This document shows positions 18,475-27,563 of a stretch of DNA of 42,981 nt, piece by piece. The notes beneath the pieces were generated by a model that worked only from the letters and a program-made list of their open reading frames with translations, did no database searches and had not been told where the DNA came from. The stretch comes from an uncultured Oribacterium sp. (lineage in GTDB: Bacteria > Bacillota > Clostridia > Lachnospirales > Lachnospiraceae). The stretch is taken from the NCBI GenBank assembly GCA_900772695.1, contig CAAGRO010000442.1, positions 1 to 42,981 on the forward strand. Direction: 5' to 3'. Each line of letters opens with the position of its first letter. Position 1 is the first letter of the stretch. Made by a program: the position numbers and the translations under genes.

Positions 18475-18504
18475 AAAAGAGGCGAAGGAACATCCTCCGC
18501 CTCT
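18475..18504 (-). terminator. Terminator after the amidase
   Basis: AGAGGCG...CGCCTCT stem with TTTT on the minus strand. Confidence 0.55.
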
Positions 18505-18517
18505 ACCCGCACAGTGC

Positions 18518-19354
18518 TCAGCCCTGCGCAGCCGTAAACCCATAATAAATATTGATGCCATCCAGCAGTCCGGCTGCGATCCTGTCACAGGCCGCCTGGC
18601 TGTGGTCACTGGCCTTATCACCGACCTCGATATCCACCGACGGTACCGTCGAGTAGGAGGTCTGGGTCAGATCCATATCCATGCTGCCGCTCGAGAACAC
18701 CTTCATGCCCGATGCCTTGAGTCCTGCGATGAGGCTCTCACCGAGCTTCTCGTGCTTCTGCCAGTAGCTCGCCACCGGCTCCATCGACTTCAGCGCGTCC
18801 GGTGTGCTCATAAAGAAGACACCCTTGTTTGACTTCGTGGAATCGAAGTGAATCGCGATATGGCAGTCTGCCTTATTGTTTGCGATGACCGTACGTGCGA
18901 TATTGTCGAGCTGTACATCCTTATCATCACGAATCATCAGCACATCATAGCCATCCGCCAGCAGCTTATGCTTCAGACTCTCGGCGACCATCAAGGTCGC
19001 GACCGGCTCCGCCGTACCATCGGCGAAGGTCATACCGCCGGAAACTGCCGTCGCAGTCGTGCTGCCGGCGGCCGTCGAACCACCGGTCACCTTCTTCGAT
19101 CCATCCGGATGGCACAGGGTCCGTACCGATCCGCCACCCTTCGTCCCGTGGCCTGCATTGACCGCCACCGTAATGCCCTTTCGTGCACTCTCGGCGACAT
19201 CCGTGGTATAGAGAACGGCCTTTCCGGTGTTGATCTTCGAATTACCAGCGTACTTCCAGTCCAGATTTAATCCGATTTCTGTGCTCGCCAGCGAGCTCAT
19301 ACACATACATACGGAAAGAACAGCCGCTGTGACCAAAACGCTTAATTTCTTCAT
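18518..19354 (-). CDS. Secreted N-acetylmuramoyl-L-alanine amidase (Amidase_3)
   Basis: Signal peptide; NAGHG, conserved Glu, IAIHFD, DIEVG zinc/catalytic motifs. Confidence 0.85.
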   Translation of the reverse strand: MKKLSVLVTAAVLSVCMCMSSLASTEIGLNLDWKYAGNSKINTGKAVLYTTDVAESARKGITVAVNAGHGTKGGGSVRTLCHPDGSKKVTGGSTAAGSTTATAVSGGMTFADGTAEPVATLMVAESLKHKLLADGYDVLMIRDDKDVQLDNIARTVIANNKADCHIAIHFDSTKSNKGVFFMSTPDALKSMEPVASYWQKHEKLGESLIAGLKASGMKVFSSGSMDMDLTQTSYSTVPSVDIEVGDKASDHSQAACDRIAAGLLDGINIYYGFTAAQG

Positions 19355-19492
19355 GTTCTTCTCTCTTTCACTCCATCGCTCTATTTCTTTCTACACTAGA
19401 AGTCTACGCGAAAAGAAAGAGGCATGCAACAACGAAACACGAACATACCTCTTACATATTTCTTACGTTTATCGCGCACAGGTCCGTCTGCG

Positions 19493-20335
19493 TCAGTGAA
19501 GCAGTGCCGAAATCGCAAACCAGATCAGGACGATGATGCCGAGGCCGATCCGATAGTATCCGAAGATCGCAAAGCTGTTCTTCCGGATATAGCGCATCAG
19601 GAAATTGATGCAGTACACACTCACGATATAGGCGATCACCATACCGAGGAGCAGATAGAAGAGCTGCGGGCCGGTGAAGGCAAAGCCGAACTTGATGAGC
19701 TTCAGGAAGCTCGCACCGAACATGACCGGTACCGACAGGAAGAAGGAAAACTCTGCAGCCGGTGTACGTGCGACGCCGATGAGCATCGCACCGAGGATCG
19801 TCGCGCCGGAACGGGAGGTACCCGGAATCAGTGCGAGGCACTGGAAGAGGCCGATGTAAATCGCGGTGCGAAGATCCAGATCCTGCAGGCGGTTGATATG
19901 AAAATCGACCGTTTCGTTCCGCTTCTCGATCAGAATGAAGAACACACCATACAGGATCAGCATCAGTGCCACGACGAAGCCGTTATAGAGGTACTTGTCC
20001 AGGAGGTCATCGAAGAGGATACCGATGACGGCCGCCGGGATGCAGGCGACGATGATCTTGATCCAGAGATCGACGCGGGATGGCACGAGGCCGATGCGTC
20101 CGTTCGAGCGACGACGCGCAAACGGCCAGAGCTGACGGAAAAAGGTGGTGACGACCGCGAGGATCGCGCCCAGCTGGATCACGACCTCGAAGACCTTATA
20201 GTACTCATCCGGCTGATTCAGCTTAATCAGCTCATTGACGAGAATCATGTGTCCTGTACTGGAGATCGGAAGCCACTCGGTGAAGCCCTCCACGAGTCCA
20301 AATACGATGATTTTTAAGGTTTCAACAAAACTCAT
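19493..20335 (-). CDS. uppP: Undecaprenyl-diphosphate phosphatase
   Basis: GLVEGFTEWLPISSTGH, IPGTSRSG, FGYYRI. Confidence 0.96.
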   Translation of the reverse strand: MSFVETLKIIVFGLVEGFTEWLPISSTGHMILVNELIKLNQPDEYYKVFEVVIQLGAILAVVTTFFRQLWPFARRRSNGRIGLVPSRVDLWIKIIVACIPAAVIGILFDDLLDKYLYNGFVVALMLILYGVFFILIEKRNETVDFHINRLQDLDLRTAIYIGLFQCLALIPGTSRSGATILGAMLIGVARTPAAEFSFFLSVPVMFGASFLKLIKFGFAFTGPQLFYLLLGMVIAYIVSVYCINFLMRYIRKNSFAIFGYYRIGLGIIVLIWFAISALLH

Positions 20336-20356
20336 TCTATTTCCTCCACATATTGC

Positions 20357-21034
20357 TTATGCCTGTCGATTTTCGATCTGCCAGTCGATTGGTGTGAGAC
20401 CGTGTGCCTCCAGGTACTGATTTGTTTTCGAGAACGGACGCGAGCCGAAGAAGCCACGATAGGCACTCAGCGGACTCGGGTGCGGCGACTTCAGAATCAG
20501 ATGCTTCGGATTCCGCAGCATCGCCTCCTTCATCTGAGCCGGCCGCCCCCAGAGGATAAACACCATCGGGCGGTCGATCTGATCCAGTACCCGGATCGCC
20601 GCGTCCGTAAACGCCTCCCAGCCGATGCCGTGGTGGCTGTTCGCCTGATGTGCCCGCACGGTCAGCACGGTGTTCAGCATCAGCACGCCCTGATCCGCCC
20701 ACTTTTTCAGATAGCCGTTATCCGGGATCGTGCAGCCGAGGTCGTCATGCAGCTCCTTATAGATATTCACGAGGGACGGCGGGATGGCCACCTCCGGCTT
20801 CACCGAAAAGCAGAGTCCGTGGGCCTGTCCCGGCTCGTGGTACGGATCCTGTCCGAGGATCACCACCTTCACCTTTTCCAGCGGAGTAAAGGAAAAAGCA
20901 TTGAAAATATCTTCTGCCGCCGGATAGATCGTCTGCGTTTTATATTCCTGATCCACGGTATGGTACAGCTGTTCATAATACGGCTTGCTGAATTCCGCCT
21001 CCAGCGGCTTCAGCCAGTCATTCGTAATCATCAT
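20357..21034 (-). CDS. ung: Uracil-DNA glycosylase (family 1)
   Basis: GQDPYH, HGLCFSV, PPSL, HPSPLS; start set at the ATG behind an AGGAG RBS. Confidence 0.96.
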   Translation of the reverse strand: MMITNDWLKPLEAEFSKPYYEQLYHTVDQEYKTQTIYPAAEDIFNAFSFTPLEKVKVVILGQDPYHEPGQAHGLCFSVKPEVAIPPSLVNIYKELHDDLGCTIPDNGYLKKWADQGVLMLNTVLTVRAHQANSHHGIGWEAFTDAAIRVLDQIDRPMVFILWGRPAQMKEAMLRNPKHLILKSPHPSPLSAYRGFFGSRPFSKTNQYLEAHGLTPIDWQIENRQA

Positions 21035-21116
21035 CTCTTTCTCCTGTTCTTTCATCTGCCGCCGGCAGCGGAACGCCCGTCCGCCCACTGGAACGGATGG
21101 CAGTATCCGACACGTA

Positions 21117-21812
21117 TCATTCGTGATAGACATTGTGACTCCGGGACCTGGACATATTCTTATAGAGGTCATACAGGATGGATCCCGTCTTTCCCTCCTC
21201 CGGATAGTCATCGCCCCGCTTCAGATCCAGCACATACTTCCCGTAGCAGTTGATGATCGTCGTCCCGCTCGGGTGCTCCCGTACACGCTGAAAATCACAG
21301 CCGTAGCACTGATGCACATGGCCATGGATCATGTATTTCGGATGGTAACGCTCGAGGAGCTCATTGAAGCAGCGGAAGCCCTGATGCGGCAGGTCCTCCA
21401 TATCGCCGTAGCCCTGCGCCGGCGCATGTGTCACCACGATATCGAAGCCGTTTCGCAGTGCGATGGCCGACCGAAGCCGATCGATCCGCTTCTCCATCTC
21501 CCGTTCGGTATACATATAGTTTCCTTCTTTATATCGCATGGAACCGCCGAGTCCCAGGATACGAAGCCCGCGGAAATCATAGATCCGATCATCGATGCAG
21601 TCACAGCCGAGCGGTGGCATCTCATCATAGCAGCGATCATGATTTCCATGCACATAAAGCAGCGGGGCATGGCCCGATGTCACCAGAAACTCGAGGTAAT
21701 GCGGATTCAGATCGCCGGCAGACAGGATGAGGTCGATATCCCGGAGCTCAGCCGGATCGTAATAATCATAGAGCTTCTTATCCTCTTCGTCTGCAATCAG
21801 TAAAACCTTCAT
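21117..21812 (-). CDS. Calcineurin-like metallophosphoesterase
   Basis: ADEE, AGDL, HGNHD, THAP, HGHVH motifs. Confidence 0.9.
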   Translation of the reverse strand: MKVLLIADEEDKKLYDYYDPAELRDIDLILSAGDLNPHYLEFLVTSGHAPLLYVHGNHDRCYDEMPPLGCDCIDDRIYDFRGLRILGLGGSMRYKEGNYMYTEREMEKRIDRLRSAIALRNGFDIVVTHAPAQGYGDMEDLPHQGFRCFNELLERYHPKYMIHGHVHQCYGCDFQRVREHPSGTTIINCYGKYVLDLKRGDDYPEEGKTGSILYDLYKNMSRSRSHNVYHE

Positions 21813-21896
21813 AATGAACCTTTCATAACGAATCTCACGTACGCGCAGGTACTGGAATTCCCTCTGCCTGTCACAGCTCGATCCGCCATCCTCCTT

Positions 21897-23807
21897 TTAT
21901 GCCTTCAGGAATCCGCTGATACGGATCAGCTCCTGTGCCCGCTGATTAAACGCCGCGAGCTCCGGGATTTCACCGACGATGTTATCATTGAGCCAATGCA
22001 TATTCACGATCTCTTCGCTGGAGAGCCGTGGCGCCTGCGCGTCCTTTATGAGGCCCTCCTGGCTGTGGATTTCTCCGTCAAACGGATGCATCCGTCCGGA
22101 AAGCACGCCCTCACGAAGCGCCGTCAGCATCTTCCGGGAGGCATAGTGGAGCTGCCCGGAAAGGATCACATCGATGACGCCGGATTCCATACCGAACCAG
22201 AAATTCAGCGCCTCATGCGACTTCGTGAGCCGGCTGTTGTCCCAGGAGCCTTCCAGAATCGAGCGGAGGATGATCTCATAGAAGCGTCCCCAGTCGAAGA
22301 TCGGCGTCGCAATGTTGGATACCGCACCGTCCTCTGCCACCCGATAGACACCAAACTCCCGCGACAGCTTCTTCGCCGGCGTCAGCTCCGGTCCGGAGAT
22401 CGTCCGGATCCCCTGACTAAGCAGGGACTTCTTCCAGTCATGATCCTGCAGCGCCGACCACTCGAGGTGGATCCGGGCATAGGGATTGATCATCTGCGCA
22501 CCGATCGCAAAGGCATTGACATTGGAAAGCGTGCCATACAGCGGGCAGAGTTCCGCGTAGCCGATCTCGTTTCCGTCCGTCACCGACGCCGCGAGCGCGC
22601 CCATCAGGAACTTCGCCTCATACATACGGCCATAGTAGGTTCGGATCGAATTGTAGCTGGTGTTCACCGAGCAGTTCAGGATATGGATCTTCGGGTAGCG
22701 AACCTTCGCCTGGACAGAAGCCTCCACCATCATGACCGTCGTCGTAAAAATCACCTGTGCGCCCGCAGCCGCTGCCTCATCGATCGCGGCACTCACGAGC
22801 GCCGGCGTATCGCAGTCCGCCCATGTCCGGGTCTCGAGCTGCGTGCCGAAGCGTCCGGCGATGTAGTTCCGCCCGAGCTCATGCTGGTACGCCCAGCTGG
22901 AGGTCTCCGGATTCTTCTCATAGATGAAGGCCACCGTCAGCTTCCGGTCCGCATTCTGCTGCGTCAGGCGCTTAAAGAAGGAGCTGTCCTTCTGGAGGAC
23001 GTCCGGCGTTTCCACGAGACGGATATCCTCCGGCTCCTTCAGGAATTCATGCCAGATCTTATCGAGGTTCGCATCGATTTCCTGCGTCGAGATATGCTCG
23101 AGGTTCTTCGCGCCATAAATGCGAAGATAGATGAGGAAGGCATCACCACGGGTGATATCGAGACGTCCGCCGCCCTTTCGAAGAAAGCGCTCTGCGAAGC
23201 GGAAGAAATCCGCCTTTACATCATTGCGCACTTCCTGCGTCCATGGCTTCTCCATGGACAGCCCGAGCACCTGACAGAGCTTCTGATAGGAGCCCTCCTC
23301 TGAAAAACGGATGCCATAGATGCCGCTTACCTTAAAGAAATCGACGAACTCAAAGTAGATACGATTCGACTTATCATCGGTATGCTGCGGCAGCAGTCGG
23401 ATGACGTCCGCGAGGATGGATACCATACCGGTAAAGCGTGAAACCGATACGCGCTTGTTGCCCTCCTGCACATAGAAGCGCCCCATGTACTCATATACGA
23501 GGATCGCGTCCCGGATGCCCTCCTGAACAGCAGAATCATAGAGCGCCGACCACTTCACCGAAAACTCGGTCTTCGGCGGCAGCAGCGGCATGAAATTACT
23601 GGCGAAGGCTTCCTGACGGCCATGCGTCTTCGTGCCGGCGATGTCGGCAATCGGAATCTCGACCAGTCCGATATGATTCTCTGCGAGTATGCTCTCCGGC
23701 TTCACGATATCATCAAGCGCCGTAAGATACGGATAGCGTCCGAATGTGATATCCCTGCGGTACTGACTCTCGCCCATGTGCCAGGCCTTCGTATAATCTT
23801 CGATCAT
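21897..23807 (-). CDS. Fusion of an N-terminal ParB/Srx-like domain and a C-terminal BMP-family (nucleoside-binding) domain; no signal peptide
   Basis: EIPIADIAGT...FMP...W...YVQEGNKRVSV in the N-terminus; SWAYQHELGR, YGRMYEAKFLMG, NAFAIGAQ, WGRFY, FWFGM in the C-terminus. Confidence 0.8.
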   Translation of the reverse strand: MIEDYTKAWHMGESQYRRDITFGRYPYLTALDDIVKPESILAENHIGLVEIPIADIAGTKTHGRQEAFASNFMPLLPPKTEFSVKWSALYDSAVQEGIRDAILVYEYMGRFYVQEGNKRVSVSRFTGMVSILADVIRLLPQHTDDKSNRIYFEFVDFFKVSGIYGIRFSEEGSYQKLCQVLGLSMEKPWTQEVRNDVKADFFRFAERFLRKGGGRLDITRGDAFLIYLRIYGAKNLEHISTQEIDANLDKIWHEFLKEPEDIRLVETPDVLQKDSSFFKRLTQQNADRKLTVAFIYEKNPETSSWAYQHELGRNYIAGRFGTQLETRTWADCDTPALVSAAIDEAAAAGAQVIFTTTVMMVEASVQAKVRYPKIHILNCSVNTSYNSIRTYYGRMYEAKFLMGALAASVTDGNEIGYAELCPLYGTLSNVNAFAIGAQMINPYARIHLEWSALQDHDWKKSLLSQGIRTISGPELTPAKKLSREFGVYRVAEDGAVSNIATPIFDWGRFYEIILRSILEGSWDNSRLTKSHEALNFWFGMESGVIDVILSGQLHYASRKMLTALREGVLSGRMHPFDGEIHSQEGLIKDAQAPRLSSEEIVNMHWLNDNIVGEIPELAAFNQRAQELIRISGFLKA

Positions 23808-23946
23808 CGCGTTCCCCCTCTCTGCTCTCAGCTTCGTCCTTCAAAAACACACCTATAATACTCTATCTCGCTCGACAATTCTATAAGAGTCGCATCATCG
23901 TATACCAAATATTGGATTTATGGATGGCCCGCTCATGGATATGCAC

Positions 23947-23987
23947 AAAAAAGAAGGAACCAGCAATCCGGCTCCTTCCCGTTTTTC
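23947..23987 (-). terminator. Terminator after the cell-wall-binding protein
   Basis: GAAGGA...TCCTTC stem flanked by A/T runs. Confidence 0.5.
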
Positions 23988-24005
23988 TGCTTATTCTGAT
24001 GTTCT

Positions 24006-25190
24006 TTACATCGGTCCCGTCAGGCTGCCGACCTGCAGTTCCTCGATCGCGCCGGAGGAGCTGGTCGTCGTGCTCACCGGTGAGGACGTCGTCACGTTGT
24101 TGCTGCTGCCGCTCACAGAGCCCGGTCCCGCCGCCTGCGTCGTCTCATACTGTGATACGCCGCCCGGGCCGGCCGTCGTACTCGTGCCCGGCTCACTCGT
24201 CGTGATGTTCGAGGTTCCGCTGCTGTCCGGTGTCGTCACCGTCGAGCTGCTGCCGCCTGGTGTCGTCGCGGTCACGGCGTTGCCGCCAGAGGTGCTCGTG
24301 GTGCTGCCGGTGCTGCTGGTACCGCCACCTGCGTGGGTTACAGAAACATTGCCGATCGCCGAGGTGCAGGCGCCGTTCGCGTCGAAGCTGTAATCGGTAC
24401 CGCCGATGGTCACGGTCTTTCCTGCGATCATCTTACCGTTGTTCAAGTAGTAGTACGCACCCTTCGACTCGAGCCAGCCTTCTACCATCTTACCATTCTC
24501 GCCGAAGTAGTACCACTCGCCCTCGATCTGCTTCCAGCCCTGGGCCATCTTACCGTTCGAAGCATCCAGATAGTACTTGTGTCCCGAGGTATCCGTCTTC
24601 CATCCGGTCTGCATCACGCCCTTCGCGTTCAGGTAGTAGTAGCTGCCCTCCTGCGCGTACCAGCCCGTCTGCATCACGCCGTTCGACTCAAAACGATACC
24701 AGCTGTTATCGATCTTCGCCCAGGTATCCATCAGCAGTGTGCCATCCCCCGGCTGGAAATAGTACCACTTATCGCTGATCTGACGCCAGCCGGTCGCCAT
24801 CGAGCCATCGCCCTTCAGATAGTACCAGCGGGTCGTCCCGTTCTCGGTCAGCTTCAGCCAGCCCGTCTGCATCACACCGTCCGACTTCATGTAGTACCAC
24901 TTGTCATCGATCTGGCGCCAGCCGGTCACCATAAGACCGTTCGAGCGGAAGTAGTGCCAGTTCCCGTTGATCTTCTTCCAGCCCGTCACCATATATCCGT
25001 CACTGCCGATATAGTAGTAGCCGGAAGAGGTGTGGATCCACTTGCTGTAGATATACTTATTCGTGGAATCATCCACGTAGTAGTACTTGCCATCCTTCTG
25101 GCCCCAGCCTGCAATACCCGGTGTCGCAAACGCCGCACATCCGATCGCCAGGGTGAGTCCCAGGACACGCATTTTCGCCTTCATATTCAT
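24006..25190 (-). CDS. Secreted cell-wall/choline-binding repeat protein with a Ser/Thr/Gly-rich tail
   Basis: Signal peptide; about 12 GW-x5-WYY-x5-G-x-M repeats; low-complexity C-terminus; GGAGGG RBS before ATG 25190. Confidence 0.88.
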   Translation of the reverse strand: MNMKAKMRVLGLTLAIGCAAFATPGIAGWGQKDGKYYYVDDSTNKYIYSKWIHTSSGYYYIGSDGYMVTGWKKINGNWHYFRSNGLMVTGWRQIDDKWYYMKSDGVMQTGWLKLTENGTTRWYYLKGDGSMATGWRQISDKWYYFQPGDGTLLMDTWAKIDNSWYRFESNGVMQTGWYAQEGSYYYLNAKGVMQTGWKTDTSGHKYYLDASNGKMAQGWKQIEGEWYYFGENGKMVEGWLESKGAYYYLNNGKMIAGKTVTIGGTDYSFDANGACTSAIGNVSVTHAGGGTSSTGSTTSTSGGNAVTATTPGGSSSTVTTPDSSGTSNITTSEPGTSTTAGPGGVSQYETTQAAGPGSVSGSSNNVTTSSPVSTTTSSSGAIEELQVGSLTGPM

Positions 25191-25259
25191 AGTGTCGCCC
25201 TCCGATTGTTCATAGATAGATTCTATCACGCTTTTGCGCGTCTGTTCCATAAGCTTCGC

Positions 25260-27245
25260 TTAAATTTTCCCCGAATTTCGTAAGAATTTATACGAATCCT
25301 TAAAGTATCGGTACATTCGGAGCGTATAATCACCGAAACTCTCCCCAAGCGCCATCTTGTATACACACCAGAGCGCCCATAAAAGCCCGCCGAGCCCCAT
25401 GTAGGCGACGACCAGCGCATAGGCATCTTCGTCGCCGAGTCCCCGGAGGGCAATGCCTCCGTCCTCCACCTCGTCACCGGACGCTGTAGTCGTCGTTTCC
25501 GACAGGGACTGTGCTTCGCCGGTCGCCGGCTTCCGCGAAGTACCTTCTTCCGATGTCACTTCCGCGTGATCCGATCCGCCCATCGGGGCCCGGCGATACA
25601 GCTCGATCAGCTGCTTCGTCTCCTCGAAGCTCATGTAGGAGTAGATCGCTGCCATCGCGAGATCCGTCAGCGGATCCGCCATGCCGCAGTACTCCCAGTC
25701 GATCATCTTGAGCCCCTCATCCGTGAAGATAAAATTATCCTTTACGGAATCGATGTGGGCGATCGTCTTCGGACGCTGCTGCGCCGCCACGAAGCGGAAA
25801 ACCTCCTCCGCATGAAGACGCACCTCCGGATAATCCTCAAACGGGATCACCGCACCCGCCTCACGGATGTACGTCTCATAACGCAGCATCTCCTCATGAA
25901 GATCGAAATCATGCTTCAGCACGATACCGGAATTATGCAGACGTTTCAGAAGCGCCATGCATTGCCGGAGCTCCACCGGATTTCCGTAGTCTGCATTGCG
26001 CGCCCCATGATAGTAGCGGGAGATCTTATAGCCGTTCTCCGGATTGAAGTACACGAGCTCTTCGGTGATGCCAAGCTGCGTCACCGCCTGGTACACCTCC
26101 CCCTCATGGAAACGATCGATCAGCTTCTCTGTACCCGGGCCCGGGATACGGCAGATGTAGTCCTTTCCACGGTACTCCGCCGGGGCCTCCGGTGCATCCA
26201 GCACTGAAAAATACCAGGACTTGTTCGTCATCCCGGCCTTCAGGCAGCGGATGTGCACGATACAGGACTCTGGGATGCCGAAAACCCGCGACACGAGTTG
26301 CATCGCCTCGGAGCCGGAGTGATTCACATACTTTTCATCGAACTGCCGAAGCTCCTCGAGATTCTCGAACTCATAGATCTGACCCTCCGGCTGCTTATTG
26401 ATATAGATCGGCGGCAGCAGCTTCAGATTCCGGATCAGGACATCCTCCCAGTAAAACTGCTCTGTGCCCGGCATCCGGTAGTAGCTCTCGATGAACGGCA
26501 GAAACTGTTCCGAAAACTCCTTCGTGAAGTACACCGGCCCATACATGCACCACTGATCACAGCCACCGACCCGTACATCCCGGATCGCACCGTTTCGTGC
26601 GGTCTCCATCGCCCACTCCCGGGTCTCCCCCTTCATGAAGCTCGCCGCATACCAGGCATCCGCCTCATAGCGATGGTACATATTCTCCCGCATCCAGTTA
26701 TCGGAAGACAGAATATAGCAGTTATGCCCCCGGAGCACCGACGCCGCATGGTGCATCGTCGCCAGCGTGTTCTTCGTCGCATATTCCGGATTATAGATCA
26801 GCTTCACCTGGTACTTATCGATGAGATACTCAAACTTCTCCTTCAGATAACCGACCATGATCGTGATATCCGTGATGCCCACCTCGTGAAGCTGCCGGAT
26901 CTGACGCTCGATCATTCGCTCCCCGAAGACCTCGAGCAGTCCCTTCGGCGTCTCATACGTGAGCGGCACGAAACGGGAGCCGAAGCCTGACGCCAGTACC
27001 AGCGCCGCATCCACCCGGTGTGTCTCCAGCCGCTGCTGCCCTGCATCCGTGAGTTCATACAGCACATTCCGGCCACGCCCCTCATCATGACTCAGCTTTC
27101 GGAGAAGACCCTGATTCACCGTCTCCTGCAGAAGCTGATTCGTCTTCCCCAGCGACACCCCCAGCGCCCCCGCCAGATCCCGCTGCGTACTCTCCGCACG
27201 CTCATATAAAGTCCTCAGAATAATCGTCGTCTCCCGCTCCAGCAT
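25260..27245 (-). CDS. wHTH + CTP:phosphocholine cytidylyltransferase (LicC) + choline kinase (LicA) fusion
   Basis: TQRDLAGALGVSLGKTN HTH; LASGFGSRFVPLTYETPKGLL NTP-transferase; GMTN, RIPG, HIDSVKDN, IDWEY kinase motifs. Confidence 0.88.
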   Translation of the reverse strand: MLERETTIILRTLYERAESTQRDLAGALGVSLGKTNQLLQETVNQGLLRKLSHDEGRGRNVLYELTDAGQQRLETHRVDAALVLASGFGSRFVPLTYETPKGLLEVFGERMIERQIRQLHEVGITDITIMVGYLKEKFEYLIDKYQVKLIYNPEYATKNTLATMHHAASVLRGHNCYILSSDNWMRENMYHRYEADAWYAASFMKGETREWAMETARNGAIRDVRVGGCDQWCMYGPVYFTKEFSEQFLPFIESYYRMPGTEQFYWEDVLIRNLKLLPPIYINKQPEGQIYEFENLEELRQFDEKYVNHSGSEAMQLVSRVFGIPESCIVHIRCLKAGMTNKSWYFSVLDAPEAPAEYRGKDYICRIPGPGTEKLIDRFHEGEVYQAVTQLGITEELVYFNPENGYKISRYYHGARNADYGNPVELRQCMALLKRLHNSGIVLKHDFDLHEEMLRYETYIREAGAVIPFEDYPEVRLHAEEVFRFVAAQQRPKTIAHIDSVKDNFIFTDEGLKMIDWEYCGMADPLTDLAMAAIYSYMSFEETKQLIELYRRAPMGGSDHAEVTSEEGTSRKPATGEAQSLSETTTTASGDEVEDGGIALRGLGDEDAYALVVAYMGLGGLLWALWCVYKMALGESFGDYTLRMYRYFKDSYKFLRNSGKI

Positions 27246-27298
27246 CGTGCTTCCGCCTTTCTTGTTCAATAGTCATTTGGTTGCCTTTGATTCTGAAC

Positions 27299-27328
27299 AT
27301 GGTACCACGATTTGAATTGAATTTCAAT
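27299..27328 (-). promoter_or_regulatory. Promoter of the lic fusion with an overlapping palindrome
   Basis: Minus strand TTGAAA, N17, TG-n-TACCAT; ATTGAA-T-TTCAAT palindrome at 27316-27328 overlaps the -35. Confidence 0.55.
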
Positions 27329-27339
27329 AATCAATGGAA

Positions 27340-27552
27340 CGGAGGGACGCCTCCACGAAGCTTTAAGCCGAGGACGTGAGCAATCAAAACCGGACCCCTT
27401 AGAGCCAGTTGGTTCATTTTCCTCAGCACTCCCGGCAACGCTGAGTTTTCATAAAGAAAATCTCAGCGATTGCCGGGAGCCTACTGGCTCTTAGGGGTCC
27501 GGTTTTAGATTGATCCGCTGGAGGCGCCCAGCTTCGCGGAGGCGCCCCTCCG
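27340..27552. repeat. ~210-bp three-tier inverted repeat (REPIN/MITE-like hairpin)
   Basis: 27340-27362 pairs with 27530-27552; 27381-27409 with 27483-27512; 27429-27450 with 27456-27479; loop ATAAA. Confidence 0.85.
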
Positions 27553-27563
27553 ACATTAGAATG

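Noticed and set aside
24400..25110. Periodic DNA repeats resembling a CRISPR or tandem array
   Set aside because: Degenerate in-frame repeats encoding cell-wall-binding units; no constant repeat/unique spacer pattern and no cas genes
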